Source: a virus
Lineage: Duplodnaviria; Caudoviricetes
Virus record (IMG/VR): IMGVR_UViG_3300042542_003356
Location: 1,706 to 65,705 of that record
DNA: 64,000 nucleotides
Direction: 5' to 3' (one strand)
Below the pieces are notes generated by a model. The model saw only the letters and a list, made by a program, of their open reading frames with translations. It had not been told where the DNA came from and searched no databases. This document shows positions 9,744-20,600 of the stretch, piece by piece; the first letter of the stretch is position 1; every line of letters begins with the position of its first letter. Both the position numbers and the translations under genes were made by a program.

Positions 9744-12706
9744 TACGATATGCCTTGTGCCAGCACTATTTCAGAGGGTTTAGCTAATTCCATTTCTGTA
9801 GCAATAGAAATTGGGTATCCGGTAGTATCAGTAGATGCATAAATCTCTAGGTCATACTGTACTGATCCATCTAAATTCTTTATAGGTCTAGGTATTACTT
9901 TTAATATAGGTGCAGGAGGTGGTATTAGAGGATTAGCTGTATCGGTATATTTAACAGGAACGTAACTAATAATGCTATCAGAATCTGTATATACGTTAGA
10001 TACATATTCTGTAGCAGTTATAGTAACTAACTCATCAGTATCTCTTTCTACGTTTACTATCTTAAATAGTTTATCATTAGTGTTGGTATAGTAATTAGAA
10101 GGATCTACTTCTCCTAAAGACCATATATCACCTTTTACGGGAACATTATTAGAAGTAAAATTACTAAAAGAGGCAAAAGTTCTAGTCTGAGGTTTGTATA
10201 CTTTTTGAACTGTAAGTTCAATAATGTCTATGCCTGCATTAACATTAGAACTAGATACAGAACTATAAGTATTATTACATATATACAACTCTACTCTCTC
10301 TGTCTCTCTATTAATTACTCTCAAAGCTATGGGTTTAGTGTTCCCAGTTATGACAGAACCTGTAATAGCGGGACTAGTAAAGTGTTCTAGTATTACATTT
10401 CCAGTAGCTGTAGTAGCGTTAGCAAATACTCTTCCTCCGTAACCCCAAGCTATACCTCCTATTCTTTGAGATACTGCTATAACATCTCCAATGGTAGAGG
10501 TCATACCTTCAGCAGGCGTTTTAAAAGTAGCCTTTCTTCTGACATATTTGCTAGATGCTAATAAATACTGCCCAAACCTCATTGCCTGACTTCGTCTATC
10601 ACAACCAGGTAAATCTATAGATTTTACATTTTCTATAGAATTAAGCTCAGATATAGCGGTAGGGTCGTCTATTCTTACTAACTCTCTACGAGAATGATTT
10701 CTAGGCTCAAGATAAGATACCTCTACGCCTGTTAAAATTTCTGACTCTCTGATACCACTAATTAGTAAAGAGTTTTTTAAGATATTTGTCTCATTATATA
10801 CAGCTACGGGTATTTCATCAGGAAGATCTACATTTAATGAGATCTTTCCGCCAGAGTAGAACAGGATACCTCTAAATATAGCAGTAATCTGATTAATAAT
10901 ATCCATAACTTGTTTTTGGCTGTTAAGAGATATATTACAAGTAAATCTGCGCTCTATGATCTGAGTTCCTAAACTAACTCCAATTTGATTTTCTCTTACT
11001 GTGGTAAATTTACCCCTAGGTTTACTTCTAAAGGTGCCGTCTGCATATCCAGTGACTCCTGTAAATCTACCTGTCTTAGGGTCAACTGCATCACAATATT
11101 GAGCTATCTTGTAGAATTTAAACTTATCTATGTTACCTTCTGGTATTCCTAATCCGTAAGACTGGTTAGTTAATAAATCATATAGAACCCATATAGGATT
11201 CTGAGTCCATTTATAGACGAAAGTACCATCCCAGGATCCTTTATAAATTATGGGATTAGCTTCTGTAAGCTGAGTAGAAGATCCTGGATTTTCTAAGCTA
11301 TATCCACAAGTAGTGTAAGAAAGAGCGCCAGAAGTAGGAGTTTCTAACTCTCTCCAATCAATTTCTCCTGTAGCTAATACAGGTTGATTATAATTACTAG
11401 GAACCTTTATTATAAGGCCTTTTACAAGCGAAGTAACAGTAGGAATAGAGCCTGAATATTCAGCGGTAGATTTTAAAGCAAATCCTAGCAGTGCTGTTCT
11501 AGGGTATACCTGTTTAGAATTTTTTATCTCATCCCATCCAACAAACTGTATAGTATCTTGTATTTTAGAGCTATCTGAATCATCAGTAATTTTTTCAATT
11601 TTAAACTGATATCCGTTTCCACTCTTGACATTATCAGGTATAATAGCTGAGATTTGAAATTTAAAATTAGTATTAGTTTTTCCTGATATAGTTTTTTCTA
11701 TTATTAAATCATCCCCGTTTTCGTCTTTAAGTATATTAGCTCCTGTATAGTCATAAATAGTTATTTTAACACCTACAGAGTAACCACTGACATTACCGTT
11801 GTTATCCATACTTTGTAGCCCAGAGATTAAGAAATTAAATTCTAAGCTATCCCAGGCGCTTTGACTTGTGTTTTGTGTAATAACTACTTTAGGTATACTC
11901 TCTAAATTACCCTTTTTAAGACTTACTGGGGAGTTTAGTCCTTGAGGTGTTACAGTTTTACCAGCAAATCTACCTAAACTAGCTGGCAATCCTTTACCCG
12001 TAACTGTCCCTGTTGACTGTGCCGTATAGAATAATTCAGTATTTACAGTTCCATCACCATCTATTTTTATTAAGTCGTCTATAGTAGATTCGTTAAATTC
12101 TATATCTTGAGGGCCATTAGGATTAATACGATATACTGGTCCCTCTCCTAAAGCTAAAGTGCCGAAGAAAATATCAGTAGAAAATAGAGAATTAGGCGCC
12201 TCCACAGCAGGAGCTGGAGAAGCTCCCTTTCCTCCACCCTTATTATGCACGCGAATGCCGTTGGCTATATAGGTATGATCATTTTCTACAGTAAAATTAT
12301 ATACTTTACTTTTACCTATATTTTTAATTTCTAAAATAGGTCTATAATATCCTAATCTATCAACTAAGACATCATCTATTTGTAAATTACCTATAGCTGT
12401 AAAAGCCATATTCTCATTTAAAACCCAGTGATTAGGTGTTATTTTAAAACTACCATTCCAAAAAGAAATATCTACTAGCTCATCTTCATCGTGCTCGAAT
12501 ATTTGAATGACTTTATTCTCTGATAGTTTACCATAATGATCAAAGCTAATTACTATATCACCTACTCGTATTTCTTCAATAGGTTTATTACCGCCAGGAA
12601 TATCTATAAGGGTTCCTGCCGCGAAGCATCCTCCTTTACCTCCAGAGATAAAGGGCACATATCTACCGTTTATAATATAGTAAGATTTATACATAGCTTG
12701 ATACAT
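9743..12706 (-). CDS. tail tip hub protein (lambda J-like) with an N-terminal Hint domain
   Basis: LGEGPV, YPRTAL, WDGTF..WTQNP.W.LYDLLTN..YGLG, AQYCD and RFTCN. The Hint domain runs CFAAGT...VHN. Confidence 0.9.
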   Translation of the reverse strand: MYQAMYKSYYIINGRYVPFISGGKGGCFAAGTLIDIPGGNKPIEEIRVGDIVISFDHYGKLSENKVIQIFEHDEDELVDISFWNGSFKITPNHWVLNENMAFTAIGNLQIDDVLVDRLGYYRPILEIKNIGKSKVYNFTVENDHTYIANGIRVHNKGGGKGASPAPAVEAPNSLFSTDIFFGTLALGEGPVYRINPNGPQDIEFNESTIDDLIKIDGDGTVNTELFYTAQSTGTVTGKGLPASLGRFAGKTVTPQGLNSPVSLKKGNLESIPKVVITQNTSQSAWDSLEFNFLISGLQSMDNNGNVSGYSVGVKITIYDYTGANILKDENGDDLIIEKTISGKTNTNFKFQISAIIPDNVKSGNGYQFKIEKITDDSDSSKIQDTIQFVGWDEIKNSKQVYPRTALLGFALKSTAEYSGSIPTVTSLVKGLIIKVPSNYNQPVLATGEIDWRELETPTSGALSYTTCGYSLENPGSSTQLTEANPIIYKGSWDGTFVYKWTQNPIWVLYDLLTNQSYGLGIPEGNIDKFKFYKIAQYCDAVDPKTGRFTGVTGYADGTFRSKPRGKFTTVRENQIGVSLGTQIIERRFTCNISLNSQKQVMDIINQITAIFRGILFYSGGKISLNVDLPDEIPVAVYNETNILKNSLLISGIRESEILTGVEVSYLEPRNHSRRELVRIDDPTAISELNSIENVKSIDLPGCDRRSQAMRFGQYLLASSKYVRRKATFKTPAEGMTSTIGDVIAVSQRIGGIAWGYGGRVFANATTATGNVILEHFTSPAITGSVITGNTKPIALRVINRETERVELYICNNTYSSVSSSNVNAGIDIIELTVQKVYKPQTRTFASFSNFTSNNVPVKGDIWSLGEVDPSNYYTNTNDKLFKIVNVERDTDELVTITATEYVSNVYTDSDSIISYVPVKYTDTANPLIPPPAPILKVIPRPIKNLDGSVQYDLEIYASTDTTGYPISIATEMELAKPSEIVLAQGIS
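12242..12628 (-). other. Hint (intein-like, BIL-type) domain, 129 aa, no endonuclease
   Basis: Block A CFAAGTLI, block B ITPNHW and block F/G VYNFTVENDHTYIANGIRVHN, followed by Lys. Confidence 0.88.
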
Positions 12707-13262
12707 TAATTACATCACCTTTTTCGTGATTAATAGTATTTACATCCGCACTAATAATCTGGCCGCCAACTCTCAACATACCATAGTTTAAAGGTATAGA
12801 ATTACTGCTGTCAACTGTATTTATTATACCATCGAAAGCATCATTATTTCTTCTATCCTGATCTGTTATACCTATATCAGATCTTTTTGGCTTAGGCATA
12901 ATAGCTTGTATAACTGCGCCTAGAGCAAAGCTAATAACTGTTCCTACTATTGCTCTAGTAAAAGCTTGAGCAAAAGTAGCGCTTGTTATTGACCCAAGGA
13001 GTTCACTATTTCCACAAACTAAAGGAACTACGAAACAACCTGTTTGAGTTTCTGGTATTTCATCCTGCATTAACCAACTATCTGGAAAGGGTTTGAAATC
13101 TTGGGTAAGAAGAAGTGTTTTTGTTTTATCTATGGCAGGATAAAAGTTTTGTATATAAGAAGTAAGATCAGATACTTTTTTAATATTTATAGCTACTTGA
13201 GCTATATCTTCTGGTTGTAATAAGGACTTATGAAAACGAATATTATACATAAGCTGCCACAC
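12687..13262 (-). CDS. tail assembly protein I-like (ubiquitin-like N-domain), paralog 2
   Basis: VVPLVCG, a hydrophobic segment and IPLNYGMLRVGGQIIS. True start is probably MYNIRF. Confidence 0.75.
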   Translation of the reverse strand: MWQLMYNIRFHKSLLQPEDIAQVAINIKKVSDLTSYIQNFYPAIDKTKTLLLTQDFKPFPDSWLMQDEIPETQTGCFVVPLVCGNSELLGSITSATFAQAFTRAIVGTVISFALGAVIQAIMPKPKRSDIGITDQDRRNNDAFDGIINTVDSSNSIPLNYGMLRVGGQIISADVNTINHEKGDVINVSSYV

Positions 13263-14016
13263 TAATTACGTCAGTTTTTTCATGACTAATACTATTTACA
13301 TCCGCGCTAATAATCTGTCCAGCGACTCTTAACATACCATAGTTGAGAGATATAGATTGGTTGGGATGTATAGTATTTATCTGACTATCAAAAGCATCAT
13401 TATTACGTCTATCCCCAGAATCAGCAGAATCCATACTTTTAATTTTAGGTTTAATAGGGACTAGAGTATTTGAAACTATGTTTCCAACTGCACTAGCTAT
13501 TCCTGCTGCTACGTAAGAACCTACTGTTCCTTGAAAAGCTGTAGTTCCTAGTCCAGCAGGACCTAATATAGTTTCTCCTAATACAGGAGTAGCAAACTGT
13601 TGAAATCCGTAAGCCCCCACCGCTGCAAAAGCTCCATTAATCAAACCTCTAACGAGCGCCTGTCCTAAACTAGCACCTTGTAATAAAGAGACTGTGGTAG
13701 ATAATACAAAACTTACTGCAAAAGCAGATAGAGGATCTACTCCACTTCCTTTAAAAACAGGAACTAAATAATAAATCTCACCTTCTTTAGCTAAAAATAA
13801 AAATTCTTCATTAGATAGATAGCGATTATTATGAACTATAGCTATCTCTTCTAAAGAGCTGAATTTAACGTGTTTTACTAAACGTTCCAGCTCTGGGAAT
13901 AGGTTTAAAGAGTTTAAAAATAAAAAATAAATAGCGTCGGCTGTCATCTCTACTTGTTTGACGCCGTTGGTATAAGGTAATAGACTTTTATGAAAAGATA
14001 CAGTTACACTAGACAA
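13243..14016 (-). CDS. tail assembly protein I-like (ubiquitin-like N-domain), paralog 1
   Basis: LVPVFKGSG, an Ala/Gly hydrophobic region and ISLNYGMLRVAGQIIS. Confidence 0.75.
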   Translation of the reverse strand: MSSVTVSFHKSLLPYTNGVKQVEMTADAIYFLFLNSLNLFPELERLVKHVKFSSLEEIAIVHNNRYLSNEEFLFLAKEGEIYYLVPVFKGSGVDPLSAFAVSFVLSTTVSLLQGASLGQALVRGLINGAFAAVGAYGFQQFATPVLGETILGPAGLGTTAFQGTVGSYVAAGIASAVGNIVSNTLVPIKPKIKSMDSADSGDRRNNDAFDSQINTIHPNQSISLNYGMLRVAGQIISADVNSISHEKTDVISVAAYV

Positions 14017-14380
14017 GATGTCGCTCTTCTAACTCTTCATACATAAGAGATTTTAGTTTTTTATCATACCAATAAATATAGAAACGGTTATTGAAACCTA
14101 CTATAAACTTGTAGCAATCGAAAACTGTGCTGGCCATATCTTCTTCGCTAGGTATAGGATTATCACTTCCTGGATGAGAATGAACTATGCCCCACGTAGT
14201 ATCTTCATATTGTAATAAACTAACAGGATCTAAGATAAAATTAGTTTTTGGAGATCCGCTGATATTTTTACAAGGCACATACTCCCAGTCAGTAGTTATT
14301 ATACCGCATGCCTCCCTAGGATACTCATTAATAAAATGAGTAGTCATTTGATCTTTTAATTTTTCTAAAACTGATGCCAT
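14009..14380 (-). CDS. stand-alone JAB/MPN+ metalloprotease (lambda K N-domain)
   Basis: PREACG...HSHP-x6-S-x2-D, an intact JAMM motif. Confidence 0.88.
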   Translation of the reverse strand: MASVLEKLKDQMTTHFINEYPREACGIITTDWEYVPCKNISGSPKTNFILDPVSLLQYEDTTWGIVHSHPGSDNPIPSEEDMASTVFDCYKFIVGFNNRFYIYWYDKKLKSLMYEELEERHLV

Positions 14381-14787
14381 CTATAAATATCCACCGTATA
14401 TTGTTTATAATATCTACCGTAAGGAGCTATCCAACTGTTATTACCTATCATAGTTTGTAGAATTTTATCTTTACCAAGATAGAGAGCGCAGTGATTAGCA
14501 ATATTGGTAGTTCCAATAGACATAATAATCATATCGTATTCTTTAGGAGTTTTAACAGACCTAAACCCAGCTCTCTCAGCACTAGGCTTACCAAACAAAT
14601 GGTTATTAGTTTCTATATACCATTTTTCTTCTGGATTACTACAAAAATCTGCAGTAGATAGAGATATCTCTATACCTAATTCATGTTTATACACCCATCG
14701 AATGAGATTAAAACAATCTATACCTGTATCAGGATTATCTCCTAAATGTTTATAAGGAAATCCTTCGTATTTTAAATATCTTTCCAT
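14365..14787 (-). CDS. NlpC/P60 peptidase (lambda K C-domain)
   Basis: GIDCFNL...NHCALYLG. Confidence 0.85.
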   Translation of the reverse strand: MERYLKYEGFPYKHLGDNPDTGIDCFNLIRWVYKHELGIEISLSTADFCSNPEEKWYIETNNHLFGKPSAERAGFRSVKTPKEYDMIIMSIGTTNIANHCALYLGKDKILQTMIGNNSWIAPYGRYYKQYTVDIYRWHQF

Positions 14788-15158
14788 CTAATTATATACT
14801 TTATCTTATCTCTATATTCTTGATTAAGTTCATCAATTTTTATATATTTTCTATGATGAATAAATCTATTTAATCCAATATAAACACCGAAATGTTGCGG
14901 TCTAATATCTCGCAATTTAAAAAGAATAATATCAAATTCTTGTATATCTGAGAGATTTATTAATTTTGCTTGATTAAGTGTAATAAATCTATCTATATCT
15001 TCGTAAGATACTGAAGAGCCCCAGTTATGTTTGAAATGATACTGACTCATTTCTTCGATACCTTGAATACGATATCCTTGATCTTCACATATCTTCTCTA
15101 TAAGAGTCAAACAGTTATAACTTTCATAGGGCAGGTATAAGTATGTAGTCCAATCCAT
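14772..15158 (-). CDS. second NlpC/P60-like protein
   Basis: YNCLTL...QHFGVYIG...FIHH. Confidence 0.75.
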   Translation of the reverse strand: MDWTTYLYLPYESYNCLTLIEKICEDQGYRIQGIEEMSQYHFKHNWGSSVSYEDIDRFITLNQAKLINLSDIQEFDIILFKLRDIRPQHFGVYIGLNRFIHHRKYIKIDELNQEYRDKIKYIIRWKDI

Positions 15159-16696
15159 TATCTTGGTAAAGTCCCTCCTGTGCCAGGAAATCCTCCAAAA
15201 TGAAATTGATTACCTCGTAACTCACAAGCCTGTAAGTTTTTAGCACATACGTCTTCTGACAAAGTGTATACAGTTTCATTACGAATATTAAAAAATCCAT
15301 TAGCCGTAGCTCCGTCTGCTAATAAAGTTCCATTAGATACAATTAAAGTGTTAGATCCAGGTATGAGACCTGTTCCGCCAGTAGGATACTGACATTCACT
15401 TCCTTTATACACCCAAGGACAAACATTCTTATAGAATTTACGTCTAGGTAATTGTAATTTAAAATACTGTAACCAACTGGTTAATGAAAATGTTGCAGTT
15501 TGCTCATTTAATTCACTAAGACTATCAATTTTAAAAGTATCTAGCACATAGTTTTCAGAATCACGTTCTTGATTTACTATAAATACATTAGATCCTGGTA
15601 TAAAATTAGCGCCTACATCTGTATTACATACTAGATATGGGTGATTAATAGCTACTATTTCAAATTTATTAGAACCTGTCACACTATTGGTAATAATATC
15701 TCCTACTCTATAAGGTAAAGTAGTTATCATATTAATTAAATTACTTGAAGATCCATTGTAAGATTCATTAGATACGGTGCTGTATTCAGGCCATACATCG
15801 AGAAAATTGGCAAAAGTAGTTTTTATCTCTACAACAGCGCCGAGTAGATCTCTAGAATCTAATTTTAGTCTAGTCCAGGTCCCTCCTGTAGATAAAGTGG
15901 AATCATAATCAAATGCTGCATTAAGTCCTCTGGCTTCCCTTACGCTAGCATCGTAACTACCATGTGAAGGAACTGTTCTAGGATCTATGCCGTTTACTAA
16001 TTCTCCGTTAACATAAGCAGCGGTAGATCCTGTACTATTATTACCTACAAGAAATGGGTTTTCTACAAGAGATCCTATAAGATTATCAAAGTTAGATACT
16101 GTAATAGATAGGTCATTTATTTTACCAGACGAATCTGTGCTTAAGACACCGCTGTTAATAGGATATGGTATAAACTCCTGACCACCCATATGAACTCTAT
16201 AGTTTATGTCTGAGATATAATCTCCGCGAATTTCAGCGAATTTAAATGGAAAACTATAAGGCCAGACAAGTCCTGCTCCGTCTCCACTTGGATTACCATA
16301 TTCATTAGTAGGATACCACTCTCCAGGATAATATATAGTATATAGTCTAACCAGCGGCTTTTGCTCAAAACTATTCTTCTCTTTAATAAACTTGCTTACG
16401 TTAATAGCACTAACCGTAGCAGTTCCTGTAGTTTGTTGAGTGTAAGTAGAAGTAGTGTTGCCTATGTCATGAGTATTAGAACTAGTAGTCTTAACTATGT
16501 AGTTACTAAATATCTGTTCACCAACATGAAATTCAGCAATCGTATTAGATAGTTTTACCTTAATATTACTAGTAGCTACATCTACATTGGCTATGATTGC
16601 CTCTGTTAGAGAAGTAACGCCTATAATAGTATTACCGGCCTTAAACCCTGTAGTTGTATCTACTTTTAATATGTAGTCGTAGTTTCTAGAAGTCAT
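15158..16696 (-). CDS. minor tail protein L-like (C-terminal Cys cluster)
   Basis: CPWVYKGSECQY...CAKNLQACELR...FGGFPG. Confidence 0.85.
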   Translation of the reverse strand: MTSRNYDYILKVDTTTGFKAGNTIIGVTSLTEAIIANVDVATSNIKVKLSNTIAEFHVGEQIFSNYIVKTTSSNTHDIGNTTSTYTQQTTGTATVSAINVSKFIKEKNSFEQKPLVRLYTIYYPGEWYPTNEYGNPSGDGAGLVWPYSFPFKFAEIRGDYISDINYRVHMGGQEFIPYPINSGVLSTDSSGKINDLSITVSNFDNLIGSLVENPFLVGNNSTGSTAAYVNGELVNGIDPRTVPSHGSYDASVREARGLNAAFDYDSTLSTGGTWTRLKLDSRDLLGAVVEIKTTFANFLDVWPEYSTVSNESYNGSSSNLINMITTLPYRVGDIITNSVTGSNKFEIVAINHPYLVCNTDVGANFIPGSNVFIVNQERDSENYVLDTFKIDSLSELNEQTATFSLTSWLQYFKLQLPRRKFYKNVCPWVYKGSECQYPTGGTGLIPGSNTLIVSNGTLLADGATANGFFNIRNETVYTLSEDVCAKNLQACELRGNQFHFGGFPGTGGTLPR

Positions 16697-17637
16697 TAAC
16701 TAAATACCTCTTTTAGCTTCATGCTAACAGTATAGAAATTTTGAGAAGGTTGTGAACCAGAACTAGCCACATGAGTAGTCTGAATAGGACCGTCAAAACG
16801 AACAGTTACAGAGCCACTATCATTAATATGGCTAAGATCGAATACAAAAGATTCATAATCACCACTTCTAGCATTATAGAAATTATCTATAGCTATTTTA
16901 TGAACTCCAGATATGTTTGTATAGGTAAGATTATAATTACGACGAGGACGACGACTGCGCAGACGTCTAGTCTCATATCCTGCCTGACTCTCGAAAGTTA
17001 AAGTATCAAATTGTTTATCAGTAGAGAAGCCACGATCTGGTTTTCTATCAGACATAGTAGTAAATCTTTCTACTTGCGTAGAGGTGCCGGAAAAAACTCG
17101 GATATCTAAATTAGCAACATTTGAAGCTAGTGCCGGAGATATATCTATACCATAACTACCTAAGGTAGAACTTGGAAAAGTATATGCTGATGGATTTTGA
17201 ACGACGCCGTCTACAGATACCATCATCTGATTTGCCTCAGCAGGAGTTCCTGTGATAGCCCATGCAGTTCTAGACCCATTTATCTGATAATTATTTCCAT
17301 TATAACTAAGAACTGAGCTATTACTATAAAATATAGGAGAGATCTGAAGACTATCTTTAGTTATTTTCAGAAAATCTGGCACTGCTAAAGTTTTTATCTC
17401 TAGACTCGTAGCGCCTGGAGCTACTATAAAATTAACCGTTCCTTTATTATTAGATAGAGTATAACTATTATAGGCCTGAACTATTCCGTCAACTACTATA
17501 GCGACTTCGGCCGGAGTGCCGACATAGCGGCCTATATTAAAACTAGTAGTCAAACCTGTAGAAGTATAGGTAACACTACTTACTATAGAATAGTTATCTG
17601 GGGATACATTTGCTCCACTAGGATAATATGCTACCAT
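16696..17637 (-). CDS. distal tail protein (lambda M-like) with N-terminal extra domains
   Basis: C-terminal GYETRR...FYNARSG..ESFVF; located after the tape measure gene; two DG(I/V)VQ repeats. Confidence 0.7.
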   Translation of the reverse strand: MVAYYPSGANVSPDNYSIVSSVTYTSTGLTTSFNIGRYVGTPAEVAIVVDGIVQAYNSYTLSNNKGTVNFIVAPGATSLEIKTLAVPDFLKITKDSLQISPIFYSNSSVLSYNGNNYQINGSRTAWAITGTPAEANQMMVSVDGVVQNPSAYTFPSSTLGSYGIDISPALASNVANLDIRVFSGTSTQVERFTTMSDRKPDRGFSTDKQFDTLTFESQAGYETRRLRSRRPRRNYNLTYTNISGVHKIAIDNFYNARSGDYESFVFDLSHINDSGSVTVRFDGPIQTTHVASSGSQPSQNFYTVSMKLKEVFS

Positions 17638-20600
17638 TACATACCTCTCAAGGTCTTACGAATTGGACCATTATTCTGAATATCTCTTACTACTATATCT
17701 ACTATCATATCTCTTCCGTTTACAGATACCTTCGGAGTTCCCACTACTTCTTGTGAGGTTCCTTGATTATTTACATTTACCATAACATTTCCTGGAGCAG
17801 TTTGTCCAGTTGCATTCATCTGGTTAAGGGTTTGTCCTCCTATGGCCATAGCGGCTGGACGACGAATGACAAACTCACCGGGTTCCAATAGTGCGGGAAC
17901 TCGGTCTCTTAGACCTGCATATCCGCCAGCGGCCATGTGTTTTACAGGTCCTCCTATAGCAGTTCCTGTACCTATAGCACCAGGAGCTATATTACCTACG
18001 CCTGTAGGTGTTGCGTTTAATCCACTGAACAAATTGCCTATTCCACTAAATAAACCAGCTCCTCCAGCTCCTGCTGCGCCACTAAATAATTGTTTAGTAG
18101 CTATTTGAGTTAAAGCAGTTCCTAGAGCACTTACTACAGTATAGATAAATGCTTTTTTCCAATCACGAGTAGCTGCTAAAGTAGCCGCAAAAGTAGTAGC
18201 AGCTACAGTTCCTACTGTCTGAAAGTTAACCCCTAGCTCTTTTAATTTATCACCGAATCCTTGTGCTTCTTCTGTAGGAGGTTTAATTACGCCAGGAGTT
18301 ACAGGCCCGGATGCTTGGTCAGGAGTAGCACCTCCAGAAGTGGTACCACCAGCTCCGACCATTGTAACTCTAAGGGCATTACCTGTAAATACACTCTGCA
18401 ATATTTGATCACCTGTTTTGGCTAGTTGGTCTCCTGTTATAGCAGTATATAAAGAACCAATAGCGCCTCCAACCAAATTCTGTAAAGGCTCAATTAAGAA
18501 TTTCTTTAAAATAGCTGTTTGGATAGTTTCTGCAACACTAATAGCTAACTTCTGCATACCTTCTCTAAAAGCTTGAATAGTAGGAATACCTTGGTTGATA
18601 GCTTTAAAGAAATCTAATACTGCTGTAGATAGGTTTTCTTTAATACCTCTACTAATATCTTCAAAAAGTTGTTTAACTTTATTTCTTTGGTCTGCTATTC
18701 TCTGTAACTCTGATGCGTAGACTTGAGCAGCTTTTATTTCGTCTGTTGCAGCAGAGACTATAGCAGTATCATATCTTTTCTTAGCTAATGCAGCTTCTGT
18801 TTCTAAACCCTTTAACTTATCTTGTAGAAGTTTAACTTCTGTTTCTCTGTTAAGCTCTTGCGCCATTCTAATCTGATCTCGAGTTTGTGCTTCTTGCTCT
18901 TGTGTCTTTATTAGATTGTCTAGTTCAGCTCTAGCACCTGCAGCTCTTATGTTATTTACATCTATCTCTCCTGCAGCTCTAAGTAAGATATTTCTATTTT
19001 CTTGATTATATATTTGTTCGGATAGTTGTCTATTTGCAGTAAGAGTTGCTCTAGCTTTAGTTAGATCAGTTTCAAAATTTTTGAATATATCATTAGCAGT
19101 AGTACTTGCGGTAGTACCTAGTTGTTTATTAATTAATTCCTCATACTTATTTAAAAACTGTTTAAATACCTCTTTCTGTTGTTCTAATAAAAATAGCTGT
19201 TTAGATATTAAGTCTAACTCAAAATCTCTACGTAGCTTAGCATCAGCAGCTACATCTAATTCTCCTCTAGCTCGAGCCCTAGCTAAATCACTTTGAAGAG
19301 CTAATACGCTTATTTCATTTTGTATTTTATCTCTATCAAGTTTTTCTCTCTTTTTAATTATATTATCTTCTATTACTTGCTGTTGGTTTTGTAGAACTTT
19401 TCTACCTTCCAAAGTAGCTAACTGTGTTTGTATTTCTTCTTCTTGAACTTTTAATCTTTCCTTTGTAACAGAAAATTCTTGATCTGCAATTGCTTTTCTA
19501 TCCTCTATTAAGGCCAGCTCTCTAGCATAATTTATATCAGCTATTTGCTTATCTAAACGTATTAAATCTTCTTCTAATACTAGATTTTGTGATCTACCTA
19601 GAATTTCCTTCTGTAAAGTCGGAACAGCTAAAGCACCTGTAAATTGTCTTTCAGTTCTAGCTTTTGCTAACTCTCTATCTGCATCTCTAAGTTGTTGAGC
19701 TCTATCTACTTGATTTTTTCTAATTTCTAAATCAGCAAGTTGAGCTTTGGAAACGGATTCTACTAGATTTTCTATTTCTTTTAAATAGTTAATTTCAGAT
19801 TCTAATAATTTAATTTGAGATTGCCCGCGTCTTTGATTAGCCTCGGCAGCAGCCTGTGCTCTATTTATCTTATTTTGAATCTCTAGCTGTTCACCTTGGT
19901 TTTTTAAAGAATCAAGCTGTTTCTGATACTCTAAGGTTCGTTTTTCTTCTTGAATAGCTAGCTGATAGGCTTGTTTACCTGCCTCATACATAATTCCTAA
20001 CTGTGCCTGTAATACTTCTTTTAACCTAACATTAATATCGGTAAGCTTGCTAGTTTCTATATTTTCTGCTTGTGTTGCTTTTGTTAGAGCAGCTTGAATC
20101 CTTGCTATTTCTTCTAAGTTATCCTGGTTAGCGCCATCAATTAAAACCTGTTTTGATTTGTTTATCAGTGTATCTTCAACGTCTTTTTTGGTTTTAGTAG
20201 CGACATTTAATGAATCTATCTGTAGTTTTAAACTCTTTTCTAAGGAAGAAGCTTGCTGACCTAAAAATAATACTTGATTTCTCTGAGTTTCTTCTTGAGA
20301 TCTAGAGATAGTCTTATCTGGATTAAATAATCCAGGTGTAGGTAAATTTTCAATAAACTTTATCTGAGAAGAAAAAGTGGTTTGTATAGACTTTCTTATT
20401 CTCTCTCTTTGAGCTAGTTCTTCCGAAATAAGATTTATTTCTCTTTGTTTTGTTATCAGTCCATCTTTTTGAATATTTAATCTTAGTGCTTCAATTCCGA
20501 TAGCCTCTCTAACCCTTAAAGTTGTTTCCTCAGCTCCCCGTATTCTAGCCTCAATAATTTCTGTATCTATTTGCTTTATTCTTTCTGTTAAAGCTATATT

